Positions 31,391 to 43,209 of a stretch of DNA of 64,000 nt are shown here, piece after piece. Below the pieces are notes generated by a model, which had not been told where the DNA came from, made no database searches, and was given only the letters and a program-made list of their open reading frames with translations. This DNA comes from Schizochytrium sp. TIO01 (Eukaryota; Protista; Bigyra: Labyrinthulomycetes). The stretch covers positions 4,254,747 through 4,318,746 of the forward strand of contig SMSO01000037.1 in the NCBI GenBank assembly GCA_004764695.1, in the 5' to 3' direction. Numbering within the stretch: position 1 is the first letter of the stretch; every line of letters starts with the position of its first letter. Position numbers and translations under genes: made by a program.

Positions 31391-33472
31391 TTACTTGTTT
31401 CGCTCATGCATTGCATAAAAGGCCGACTGGGGCAACTCCACATTGCCAACAGTCTTCATTTTCTTTTTGCCGGCTTTTTGCTTCTCAAGAAGCTTTCGTT
31501 TACGAGATATATCACCGCCACCAACTGTTTTACCAGATTTGGTCAAAACATCCTTGCGAAATGGCGCAATGCGTTCTCGAGCAAGGATCTTGCTTCCATT
31601 AGCTGCTTGGATAACAATTTCAAACTGCTGCCTTGATATAACAGATTTGAGCCGCTGTGCTACAGCGCGGCCGCGTTGAGGGGCGACAGATTTATGGGCT
31701 ACAAAGGAAAGTGCATCTACTGGAAGGCTATTCACAAGGATGTCAACTTTGACGATGTCGGCGACTTGAGGAGGTGCCTCTTCGTATTCCAGGGAAGCAA
31801 AGCCGCTCGAGACAGTCTTCACTACATCATGCAGATCTACAATTACCTCTTGCCATGGGACATCGTGTTTGATCACCACACGGGTCTCATCAATATGATC
31901 GACTCCTGTTTGAATTCCACGGCGATCTTTAAAGACACGGAAAATATTTCCCATGTACTCAGCAGGAGCGATAACTGTAGTGTGAGCCATCGGCTCTAGA
32001 TACTGGATGACATCTTCCTTTGGTGGAAGTTGCGAGGGAAGATCTGCTCGGATGCGCTCTCCGGTTCGAAGATCAGCCCAGTATGGCACAGCAGGTGCAG
32101 TGGCAATAATTTCGGTTTCAAACTCATCTTCGAGACGCTGAAAGAATACCTCCATGTGTAGTTTGCCAAGGAATCCCATCAGAAAACCATTACCAAGAGC
32201 AGTACTAGACTCAGGGCGCATTGATACACTTGAGTCATTCAGCAAGAGGCGTTCAAGAGACTTGCGAAGTTCCTCAAAATCGCCACCATCCATAGGGAAA
32301 ATGCTTGCATATACCTTGGGTGTAGAACGAACTTTCCTTGCCTCGATCACCTCGGGATTTAGGGTGAGACCATCGTGATGGTCAGAAATCAAGTCACCAA
32401 CACGAGCCAGGCCACTCTCCTTGATGTTTCCGAACATGAATCCAACTTGGCCCTGACGCAACTCGGGTGCAGTCATAGCTTGCGGAACGAGCATTCCGAG
32501 CTCGTTAACCTGAAAAGGTTGAGGACGCTTTTGGCCCAAGACCTGTGAATCAGTGTAAAAGTCTTGACCAGGTCGAAGTGTACCGTACTCGACATAGATT
32601 AGACAGACTACACCCATGTAGCGGTCATACCAGCTATCAAAAATGAGACCACGAAAGGTATGGTGGGACACAGCAACGTCACCGCCACCTTCCAGCGCAG
32701 TTTCAGGGGGTGGCGGAAGGCGCTTAATAACAGCAGGGAGAATATCTTCACAGCCTTCACCTGTCTTTGCACTGGTCCAAATTACTTCTTCTTCGGGAAT
32801 GCCAAAAACTGATTCGATCTGCTCAAGAGCAAGTGCAGGATCAGAGTGGCTAAGATCAAGCTTCGTAAGAACGGGAATAATTTGAAGCCCCGCATCACGT
32901 GCAAGATTATAGTTAGCTAGAGTTTGCGCTTGAACACCCTGAGTGGAGTCCACAAGAAGAAGTGCACCTTGGCAGGCTTGGAGGCTACGCTTGACTTCGT
33001 AATCGAAATCAACATGACCAGGCGTATCAACGAGGTTGAGCAAATGTCCATCATAAACCATTGAGGCAGTTCGAGCCTTCACAGTAATGCCTCGTTCTCT
33101 CTCTACCTTTAGATCGTCCAGAACCTGTCGGTCTCCTCCTTCGAGGAGCTTGAGATTTCCTGCAATCTCGAGCAATTTATCCGCAAGTGATGATTTGCCA
33201 TGATCCACATGAGCAGCAATGACGAAATTCCGCATGCGCTCTCGAGGAATTTCCGCTGCCATTTCGACTACAGTTTGGACAGGACTCTCGTTGGAACCAT
33301 CCATGTTGCTAGAATTGTTGCTATTGTTGTTGTTGGTGTTGGTGTCATCATTATTGCCAGCGCTGGTGGAAAGTGGTGAGAAAGTTGTGCTACAGCGCAT
33401 TACCAGTGGGAGCCGCGGGCGCTGGCTTGCCTGCAGGAGACTCGGGGCTATGCGGGACCATATTGCTTGCAT
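31391..33472 (-). CDS. GUF1: Mitochondrial translation factor GUF1 (LepA/EF-4)
   Basis: RNFVIAAHVDHGKS, VERERGITVKA, NLVDTPGHVDF, LGNGFLMGFLGKLHMEVF, GGDISRKRKLLEKQKAGKKKMK; Arg/Ser-rich transit peptide. Confidence 0.96.
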   Translation of the reverse strand: MQAIWSRIAPSLLQASQRPRLPLVMRCSTTFSPLSTSAGNNDDTNTNNNNSNNSSNMDGSNESPVQTVVEMAAEIPRERMRNFVIAAHVDHGKSSLADKLLEIAGNLKLLEGGDRQVLDDLKVERERGITVKARTASMVYDGHLLNLVDTPGHVDFDYEVKRSLQACQGALLLVDSTQGVQAQTLANYNLARDAGLQIIPVLTKLDLSHSDPALALEQIESVFGIPEEEVIWTSAKTGEGCEDILPAVIKRLPPPPETALEGGGDVAVSHHTFRGLIFDSWYDRYMGVVCLIYVEYGTLRPGQDFYTDSQVLGQKRPQPFQVNELGMLVPQAMTAPELRQGQVGFMFGNIKESGLARVGDLISDHHDGLTLNPEVIEARKVRSTPKVYASIFPMDGGDFEELRKSLERLLLNDSSVSMRPESSTALGNGFLMGFLGKLHMEVFFQRLEDEFETEIIATAPAVPYWADLRTGERIRADLPSQLPPKEDVIQYLEPMAHTTVIAPAEYMGNIFRVFKDRRGIQTGVDHIDETRVVIKHDVPWQEVIVDLHDVVKTVSSGFASLEYEEAPPQVADIVKVDILVNSLPVDALSFVAHKSVAPQRGRAVAQRLKSVISRQQFEIVIQAANGSKILARERIAPFRKDVLTKSGKTVGGGDISRKRKLLEKQKAGKKKMKTVGNVELPQSAFYAMHERNK

Positions 33473-36400
33473 ATTGGCAGCTTACATACGCTACCTCCCA
33501 AGTAGCTCTCAAAAACTTCTTGCGCTTTCTTGCGCACGCAAGCCCAAGGCCCAAGTTTTAGGCCAGGTTTGGCTTAGTTTTCTTGCCCTGCCTTTGCCAT
33601 TCTTTATTTCATTCTTCGTCTCCTCAATCACCAACTATTACCATGGTATAAGTACTTTCTATAGTCTAGTGCTATCATAATAATAAATAACAGTACTAGT
33701 ACTTCTTGCCTCCAATTATACAAAAGGTTTAAAAGCATATCTAGTGTACATGAAAAGGGTTTATTGAGCATTCCTTCTATTTTTAATTCTTTAAATTAAA
33801 AAAGAAATTCTTGTTAAAATATAAATAATAAACGCTCCACGGTACGGGCATATAGATCTAAGTTGAAATTTACAAAACATTTATGTACAGAACCAGAAGT
33901 TGATAAGCATATCTCTCGATTTAATGCTCACCACCGAGACAATGTGAAAATACAGCAGAATTGATGACTTCCTACCGCGTACCAATATTGAGGCGATGTA
34001 TATACATTTTTGAAGAAGCTTCAGTTTTGCAGATTCGGAGCAGATTATACTCGACAAGCATCCCAAGCAATAGTCTAAGCAAAGGTTATGGATTTGGGGA
34101 CCCCAAATATGCTCTACTATGCCCCTTTTGAAAATAGAATAAAATTGAAATCGCCAAATAACCGTATTCTTATGCAAAATAACAAATGAGAAGAGTCTAT
34201 ATAATTAGACACCATAATAAACAAGGACAAAAATACAAATGTCACACACCATCATATAAGATGTTTTATACCTCAGCAAACAACTCTACCCAGCAATCTT
34301 CTATAGGCATCACAGGAGTTAAGGCTGCCATGACTTTTAAATAATTCAAGGCAAAAGAATTCTTCAACGATGGAATGATAGGAATGCGCTTACTAGGACC
34401 GCGTGTCTGCTTTGATTTGCGCGATTTTTGATATTTTTTTAAAGTAGTATGATCCCTAATAGTTTGTAAGCCCTTCCTTTCTGTATATCTTCCTTAGAAA
34501 TTTTCGTGGTTGCCGATACTAGCGACATAATTCATGTATCATGTATTTGATTGTAGTTTTCGTAAGAATTTCCAAGTTCGAACGTTGTCTGCTTATTCAA
34601 TTACGCTATACTTGTTACAAACTATTCTAGGATGTCAAGCTCGTGCTTCCTTTGCAATCGAGTGGCAAGCTCTCGCGTCTAACAATGCCACCTAGTATGA
34701 CTCCTGGACACTTTTCCTACCACCCAAGTTTCTTTGTTCTTCAACGACAAAGAGCTATCTATCATCAACATTGCTATATCTCTCTTCTGAAAAATAAATA
34801 AAAATAGAGTAACCCAGCATGTATTCTGATCGGGAGAATGGTGATCTTATCACTAGAAAGAAGGAACATATAGTTGAGTTCTTTTTTGTCAATTAATAAA
34901 GTGTCCTGGACTAGTTAGAGTATTGCCTCTCCTGTAATTGAAAGTAAAACGAGAGTTTATGTTTTACACGGAGTAGTATGATGAAGTGAAACTAGACGTA
35001 GCATACTTCTCAAGACGAGATGAGGCGTCACACAAATCAGGCAGTGGAAACAAGCAACAAGCATGCATGCAACCCGGCCCACTGGCTTAAATTTATTTTT
35101 TTTAACCTCGAAAGTTGTTGTCGCACCCTTTACACTTTGCCGTATTGTCCTAGTTTTTAATGAAACCACGTGAATATATATTTTAAAAGCTTTTTGTTTT
35201 TTGGGTTTTCCTCTTTCATTCTAATTCGAAGGTATTGTTTTTTAGAAGTGCACCGAAAGTACAGTGGCGCTTTAAGTTAGTGGGTAGGTGTCCCTGGATA
35301 TACAGGCACCGCCTATTGAGTGGGCTTTAGAATGAAGAGTTAGGATATCATTTTGTTGTAGATATCTTTGTTTCAAATAACTTAGTACTTGTGATGAGTT
35401 GATAACAATCAATTACCTTTCTAATAAGAGTGGATCATGATCCCCCAGCTCGCCGAATTTCATAGGTACTTGTTTCTGTTCCTACCGAACCAGCTCAATT
35501 CCTGATTAACGGAGAGGCAGCCTATTTTGGTCGTGACGCTTCAAACGTGTCCGAATGTCTCAACGTGTCGTTTGTTTGGCACCTGACACCCATCGAACGA
35601 TAGTTGAACTCTCACTCACCGCTAACAACCTTTTATTTGAGAAGACAATGTAAGTTCTGAATGAGGCTTTCTTTCTAGCTAGAGGGAGGGTAGGCCACCA
35701 TTCGAGCAAGAGAAAATATGTAAAATCACTTGTTATGAGCTCGTCTTTTCAAAAGAAAGAGGCAAACCACGAAACTTTGGCTTGAACACCAGAGAAAATT
35801 TCCCATCATAGCGTTCCCGCTTTCGGAAATATGTCCGCAAATATTTAGTAACAATTCAATCGGTTGCTGACAGCCAGGGCCCATCTGAACATACTATTAT
35901 TAGTTGTCTGCTGTGGCATTGAATTTAATTATATATATATATATATATACATATAAACATTTAAAATTTAAAATCCAATATCAGCTCTATTATGGCAAAG
36001 TACTAGTTTATGATAAAATATTATAAATTTTCAATTTTAAACATTCATCTCCGAGTCGCGTCCGTGTGGAGTGGCGGAAGCAATATCATAATTGATTACC
36101 CTTGAACCTCAGCCCTTGGATTTTGTCGGACGTAATCGGAATCATTGCAGTTGCATGGAGCACCTTTCTTTAGTCGGTATATTGCGACTTGTGGCTCGTG
36201 CGTGTGTCTCCGAAAGACTTGAATCAAAGGTTTTCACTTTTCTTTTTAAAGACATTAAAAGCAAAAAAAAGAGGCGGGTAAGACGTGTTTTGCTTTTGTT
36301 TTGTTTCCCTACAACACTTGTTATCATTTTGTCGTTGTCTTTGAATTCTTTGCCGCTCGCTCTTGTAAACTTACTTTGAAAACTCCTATCTATATTCATC

Positions 36401-39400
36401 GTGCTAGGCACATCTCCCCCCTCTCCTGCTGAGAACTTTCTTCAAGAGAAACTAAAAATAACGACGAATTACTTTCCTAAATCTTTCCTTTTATTGCTAG
36501 CTTAGTCTGGTTTAGCATAGTTTCCAATCTCAACAGTTGCTCGCGTCCACTTGTACAGGTTGTCGCTTGGTGTTAAGACCTACATCTTACAAATCCTTCA
36601 AAGACTATCCTTTGATACCCCCCTCCTCGGGAGGTCTCAAAGAGAGCTATGCTATTCATTAAAAATGGATGGGTTAAGCCCCGAAAGATTTGATGAAAGA
36701 AATTGAGCAATACAGAGGCCACGTCTCCACGAATTGTATGCTGCTTTCAAATTAATGACAGGTTTTGTTTGTGGCCGTGCCATGATAGCAGTACCAGCTC
36801 AGATGCCTCTGTTCCACAGACCTTCGTACCTGCTAGCCATGAATGCTGTTTGTTACTATCCCGGAGCGTATACAGCGTACGCACAACATCCTCCATCACG
36901 GCGAAGCATAAGGTTGGTATCGGATTGTCTTGCGAAGAAAGTCTACTTGTTTGAGTCCGATTTATGCGACTGTTGACGTGGGTTCATATATTCGAAGTTA
37001 AAGCGAATGGCAAAAAGACGTGTGAACAAGCTCGTTCGAAACATCAACAGCACAAGAGAGTTTGGGACTCACTATGGAGCTTCACTGAGCAGATGCCCAA
37101 CCTTTTCATGTAATGAAAAACCGTTGATAATTGGATCACTACCTACTTGTCTACGTTCCTAGTACCTTCCATGTGGCAAGCGTGCTAGATTGGCTCCTTT
37201 TGCGAGCTTTTCGTCCGGGACAAAGCTCAGACGCTCGCAGATTTAGAACGCACACATCACTTTCAAGAATTCTTAGTTCAAATAATCAAAACGCAGCACG
37301 ATCAAGGCAAAGGATAGAAATAGCAAACCTGAAGTTCCACTATTGTCGTAAAGATGGGTGCAAACGCCCCCGACTTTCGAAACTCACCACAACCCTCATC
37401 AGCTTCAGCTAGTAAGACCAACTCCCGTGCTATAATTAATTCTACTAGAAGAAAAAATCTCTGTGGAACTTCCCTTTTCAAAAAGACACCATAAGTCTTG
37501 ATGTTGAAAGACCCGAAAGACCCGGGCCCAGAGCCACCAATGCTCATTCAAGTCGCTCAGCTCTGTCATGGAACCCCGGCATAAAGCTCACCTTGAGTAG
37601 TTTATAATGGCTTAGCCATTGAAGGGGGGAATCATACCACATTCCAAGAGAAGGGCAGTCTGATATCTTTCATTGCTTTTTCTCTTCCTTTTACAAAGTA
37701 GCAAATAGAAGGAAAGGAGAAGGTGGGACAAATACTAGCATTGCTACAATTCAAGCTCCATCTTAGTATTTAGATTTTATTACTCGTCGAATAAAAAGAT
37801 GAACTGAAGAAAGCAGCCTACGCCGACATCTTTTGATTATTTGCACATATACATCCTACCAGCCAGGCTGATCTTGTCGCTGGGGACATTCGGACACGTC
37901 CTTTTCCTTTTGGAAAAATAAAGAGAGAAAATGAGAAAATAAGTTCTTCGGAATATTGAGTGCGATGTTTTATCTATAGCAGCGATAAGCTGCTACTTCT
38001 GTCTCTGCCTAAATGTATATTTCGAAAAGATGTACTGACAGCCACCCCAGAACTATAGAAACCTGTACCTTTAAAAAGGGGATGCCAATTAAAGACAGCA
38101 AGTTTTTTAATTTTTAATTTTATCAATGACAAAAAGTTAATTAAATTTAAAACAAGCGGAAAGAAAATCAAACCCGGAGCTTCTATCCTGAATAATTTGC
38201 ACGCTCCATGAGACCTCTTAACGCTATAGGTAAACATCTGCCAGCAAATCTCTCATTTTTGTTGATTGTATGAGATAATTCTTTGCTAACAGGACAAACT
38301 AATCCAATCTAACACACACGCGCTATTAGACTATATTAGGGGAATTACTCAAGCCGTACACTCAAAGCAAACTCTACTCGTCCAATCAAGAAACATCACG
38401 ATCACTGCCCCAGGTAAATCTTACCTGTTCTAGTCTAGTCTAGTCTAGTCTGGTATATAATCATAAATACTATGTTAAGTTTCATCGATATTTCTAATTG
38501 CAGCTCTTAAATTGCTGCAGATTCGAGGACCATTCTATATAGTATCTAGAGCATTAGAATCGGTTAGCCAAGGAGGAGTATCAAGCAGACACATTTTTTT
38601 TTTAAACTATTTTAGTACGTACCTAGCCGGTTGCTTCTGTGGAGAAGGAGATAGTCATTTCCCTATTTGTATCCAATTGTCTCTTAAAGTTCAGACAGCG
38701 TAAGATACGTCGTTCTGGTGTTGAAGAAGTTGATTGATAAATTCTCATTTGAGCTCATGGCCATGATGGTAATACCAGCTAAACTGTTTTGCAATATAAG
38801 TAGACAGGTAGAAACCTTCTTTCTTTTTTTTTTCTAATTCTTTAGAAAAATAAAATCAGAACTTACCTCAAGCTTTGGATGCTCCTCCATCTTTCTTCAT
38901 CCTATGCGATTTGGGTGCACCCCAAGCAGCAAGAGAAAGGATATGCGCGCGGACAGAGAAACATTTCGGAGAGTCGCCCAGTGTTTTTGAGTGCATCAAG
39001 AGACAGACGATTTCTATGATTTTCTGGAGAAAAATGGAAGGCAAACCATTTTAGACATCTTAAGTGCCTACCTTATCTACGTAATTAACCAACCATACAA
39101 TCTTCTGCAATCCAGATCAAGCAACTGAGTAAAACGTTGGAGCTGCAAAGTTAAGTACTATGTATCTACTATACACTGTTACTACTGGAAATTTTTGTTC
39201 GCGACACAGTAGGTAGGAGTAGGTACCTACTACCTCGTATGAATTGTCAGATTGAAAAAGTAGATGCCAGTTTGTTTTGTCTGGGCGCTACAGATCGTAT
39301 AGTCACCTGTATAGAAACGATGTTGTCCATCAAGGTAAGGCTACGAATTTATATGCTTTAAGTCTGTTGGAATCAATACTTCTTCTGTGAAAGCTGTATT

Positions 39401-40017
39401 GCCTTGACTTGTATGGAGCTGCTAGCTTCAAGAGTGAGCTTTTCACCATTTTTTTTCTTTTATTTTTAAAAGTACTAGCAGGGACCTATGTACCTAATAC
39501 TTATACAATACTCTAGGTTACTAGTCAACATTTTTTCGAAAAGAGCTAGGTCTCCGCTTACATCATTCATGGAAAATATAGGTTTAAGTACGAAAGCATT
39601 AAAAAAAAAACAATTAAAAAAAACATCAATTTTGAACAAGATTGACAAACTCCATTTTCCAATCCTACATTGCTTAAATGACACAGTCAACATGGCGCAA
39701 AATCCTCTCCATTTAAATGAAAGCGACCTCATGAAGCCTTCTGGTTTTTGGATGACCAGCTGTTTGTTGTATTGTCTTCCGTCGACAGGGTCTTTCAGGG
39801 GCAGCCCTTTTTCTTCTCTCTCTTTACTTTTCTTCCAATTTTTAAAATTAAAAATTTAAATTTAAGCCCAAATCAAATTTCTCGTTCTGCATGCAAACCC
39901 CAAACGGGGATCGAGCACTAAGTAATTCATATTTAGTCAGGTCGCTCACACAAAACTGCAGAAGAGAGCAAAAAGGCGACTCTGCAGATAGCTCAGCAAA
40001 CAATAGGCGTTATTAAT

Positions 40018-43000
40018 ATGGCAATGTTTTGGGTGTCGCGCCCGGTTTCGGTTTCGGACAAAGAGAATGACAAGCAATACTTGGCATCAACAGAATCATC
40101 ATCATATTCAGATCTTTCAATGGGAGATGTGCCACTTGCCATATCAAGACAGCCCTCGCTTACAAGACGATGGATGCTAGCAACCGCAATAGAAGACGAT
40201 GAAACTCATGGTCAGAGTAACAATGAAAATATGATGTGGCTTCGCTTAGAAAATGGCAACGTGGTTGCAGCAAAGCGCAGCGAGATTGTTCAAGTACACC
40301 CACATGATCGCTCTATCCCGAATAATTTAGCGAGCCTCCCAACGCATAGTCAACCCACTCTTGTTCAGACTCTCCGTGAAGTATTCAGAAATGGAGGTCA
40401 AAGGTCAATTTTCGCTGGAGAGACCTTAGTTTATTTAGGCCTCCCCATGGGTTTGCCCCGTGCGAAACCCTGTAAAACATCTGATCCCCTCCGCAAATTC
40501 GCAAATACTATAAGGCAATGTATGCTCACCAAACAAGCAAACCAGGTTGTTTTGACCACAGGAGCCTGTGCCTCAGGAAAAACAGTTGCTTCACGTGAGC
40601 TAATCCGAGAGCTAACTATCAAATCTCCAGAGCTTCGCCGGGCTTTGCATGCTGCTGGTAAGATTCTGCGCAGTTTAACGTCCACCTTAGATGAATACGA
40701 TCAACCACGCTCGCGTACTGTACTTCTGACTGAACTTTTCTACCACGGAGAGAAATCGAATACTACTGGACCTGTTGCTGCTCAGATGAACACGGTGTTT
40801 TTTGAGCCATGGCGTGTGAATTCTCCGACACGTGAAGGTCTGGCAATATTTCAACTTATCACTGGTGGGCTTTCGTCAGATGCGTTGAGTCAACTGGGTC
40901 TTGCAAATGTACCATTTGTGTCCCAGCGGCACACCTTGTTTGCGTATGAGTTAGCTGATCTTGTAAATCACATGGACACACTTGGTTTTTCTAAGCGTGA
41001 TCAAGATGCCCTGTTTATAACACTTGCGAGCATCCTTCATTTGACCAAAATCTCATTTGTAATGAGTAAACATGAAGATCGAGTTATAGAGTGCTGTTCA
41101 CAACAGATTCAGCATCAGCGTCGCCGAAGTTTAACGAAAGCACGTCCAAAGTCAACTGGAAGCAGTTTCCTAGTTCGTCGACATGCATCTTCAGCCCCCT
41201 CTGCTTTTGCGCTTTCTAGCTCAGTGGTTGCGTCGAGTGATACAGAAGATATTCCAGTGAGACCATCTCGCTCCTGGAGTATTTCTTCGCTTTTGTCATC
41301 AGCCGAGACTGACGAAAAGATAGGGGCATCCCAGCGCCAATCATCTGGCCGTCTCCGACGCAGTCAGCGTTCTACACCGGTGAAATCCCGCCCTACATCT
41401 CTGGATTCCCGTATTACAGATAGCACAAGCTCTTCTAGTTCAAGGACACTAGGTCGTTGGCTGATTGATGCAGACTTTGACATCGGAAACTCCGATGGTC
41501 AGGATCTCAAGTTCAACTTTCGCTCTAACAATGGCCAGGCAGTTTCTGGTTCCCCGATGGAGAAAGCAGCTATTCTGTTAGGTGTTGATATAGAAGCCCT
41601 CGAAGAGACTCTTTGCAGCGGTGCTGTGAATCCTGACGAAGCAGAATCAAGAACCCAAGCTCTTGCAAGAAGCTTGTTTTTAATGGTTATTTCTTGGATC
41701 GAAAAACGTGTCAACAGGGCCTTGACAGACTTCCCAGGCTACAAAGAATATGCAGACAATAACAAATCCTTCAAAAAAATAATCGTCGTTGACACCCTTC
41801 CTTCGTGTAGCGAACTGCAGGATCCACAGGACGTCATCTCTTCTGTAAGCGACAACACTGAGTCAAATTTTTCTAAGAAAGAAGAGGAACAGGTTGAGTT
41901 TACGGATGTCCTCGCGAATTTTGTAAGTGTCGCGATTGAAAATGATATTTTTGATCACTCAAGGCAGGTAACAGTATCTAAAGACGATAGCGGTAGTGTT
42001 AACACAAGCAAAGAGAAAGATTTGCTCTTTGGAAACATTACACGTGCTGGACTCTTATCCCAGCTTGCTCACCAACATAGCGAGTTCAGTTTCCTCCGTG
42101 CTGGGCGGTCGGAGAGTGTAGAAAGCGAACCGGAGGCTGGAATTTATCATATGGATGGAGTAGAGGAAGAAAACAAACGCAATCCAGGTTATAAAAGCAA
42201 CATGTGTAGTTCTCCAAAATTGTGCTGCCACGACAAAATGGAGTGCCATATTAAAAAAGCTGGCCGGTCACAAAAGTTTAGCCGACTGAATCGTCTTGGC
42301 GATTTTAGCGAACTTTGGGCCAAATGCACCAATAAAATATTGCAACAGGATAGTTGTGAAGTTTCAAGATGCCCTACACAGGTAATCACTTTGTATCAGC
42401 AACGTGTAAGCCGCTTGCTGGCTGATCTGATGAATGCTGGAAATAACACTCACTTCATCCGATGCGTGCGAACTTGGGCTTCCTCTAAACCCAAACAAGA
42501 TGTTTCAGAGATGGCTTATCAGAACGTCGACAGAGTGAATAGTGTCACTGCTTTTTGTGATGACCTTGTTTTGCGCCAAGTCACCTGGGCTAAACTCGAC
42601 GCAACCATTGCAATGCATAAACGAGGTTGCTTTTCTAACACGGTCTCACTACAGAGTATCGTACGCCCTTTTAAGAGTGCACTTCCATTGTTAGATCGTA
42701 GGCGCCCAGAACACGAGATTGTTAAAAGCATCATGGCGGCTTTAAATGTAGACCGGAGTCAAGCACACGTGACAGGAGAAGGTGTCCATGTGTGTATCCA
42801 TTCGATTTCACTGATTCAAACCTTGCGTCATCCTACCGTAGAACAACTTGCTGCTCTTCGAAGGCAACGCATCCGATCTGCGTGGCGCACAAAATTGGTT
42901 TGTATATCAGCTGTACGATCTTTTTTGAAACTATATGCAAACTGTAAACGTCGCAATTCTGCTGCAAAGCTTATTGCACATTCTTTTCGTGAATATTTTC

Positions 43001-43209
43001 AAAAGCTTTTCTTCATCCGTCGAGAACGAGCCGCGAGAACTATACAGCAAGCATTTAGAAGAACCCGTGCTTGCTATCATCCAATGCTACTCTTAAAGCG
43101 GCTACAAGTAGCAGCACGTGTGAAAATGGCTAAACGTGCGATTCAGGTTCGTGCTCGTGAAACTGCCCATTTTCGAAAACAACGTCCATCTTTTACGTTG
43201 ACAGGATAA
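40018..43209 (+). CDS. Highly divergent myosin-like protein: degenerate motor domain plus IQ-like motifs, no tail
   Basis: Myosin landmarks in the correct order: NNLASLP..QPTLVQTL, NQVVLTTGACASGKT, FFEPWRV, IFQLITG, MDTLGFS..DQDALFITLASILHL, AAILLGVD, RTQALARSLF...WIEKRVN, HFIRCV, FCDDLVLRQV, AARTIQQAFRR. Confidence 0.8.
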   Translation: MAMFWVSRPVSVSDKENDKQYLASTESSSYSDLSMGDVPLAISRQPSLTRRWMLATAIEDDETHGQSNNENMMWLRLENGNVVAAKRSEIVQVHPHDRSIPNNLASLPTHSQPTLVQTLREVFRNGGQRSIFAGETLVYLGLPMGLPRAKPCKTSDPLRKFANTIRQCMLTKQANQVVLTTGACASGKTVASRELIRELTIKSPELRRALHAAGKILRSLTSTLDEYDQPRSRTVLLTELFYHGEKSNTTGPVAAQMNTVFFEPWRVNSPTREGLAIFQLITGGLSSDALSQLGLANVPFVSQRHTLFAYELADLVNHMDTLGFSKRDQDALFITLASILHLTKISFVMSKHEDRVIECCSQQIQHQRRRSLTKARPKSTGSSFLVRRHASSAPSAFALSSSVVASSDTEDIPVRPSRSWSISSLLSSAETDEKIGASQRQSSGRLRRSQRSTPVKSRPTSLDSRITDSTSSSSSRTLGRWLIDADFDIGNSDGQDLKFNFRSNNGQAVSGSPMEKAAILLGVDIEALEETLCSGAVNPDEAESRTQALARSLFLMVISWIEKRVNRALTDFPGYKEYADNNKSFKKIIVVDTLPSCSELQDPQDVISSVSDNTESNFSKKEEEQVEFTDVLANFVSVAIENDIFDHSRQVTVSKDDSGSVNTSKEKDLLFGNITRAGLLSQLAHQHSEFSFLRAGRSESVESEPEAGIYHMDGVEEENKRNPGYKSNMCSSPKLCCHDKMECHIKKAGRSQKFSRLNRLGDFSELWAKCTNKILQQDSCEVSRCPTQVITLYQQRVSRLLADLMNAGNNTHFIRCVRTWASSKPKQDVSEMAYQNVDRVNSVTAFCDDLVLRQVTWAKLDATIAMHKRGCFSNTVSLQSIVRPFKSALPLLDRRRPEHEIVKSIMAALNVDRSQAHVTGEGVHVCIHSISLIQTLRHPTVEQLAALRRQRIRSAWRTKLVCISAVRSFLKLYANCKRRNSAAKLIAHSFREYFQKLFFIRRERAARTIQQAFRRTRACYHPMLLLKRLQVAARVKMAKRAIQVRARETAHFRKQRPSFTLTG

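Noticed and set aside
36092-37547. Short ORFs in the GUF1-myosin spacer
   Set aside because: No recognisable domains, mostly non-ATG starts, and stops in all frames.
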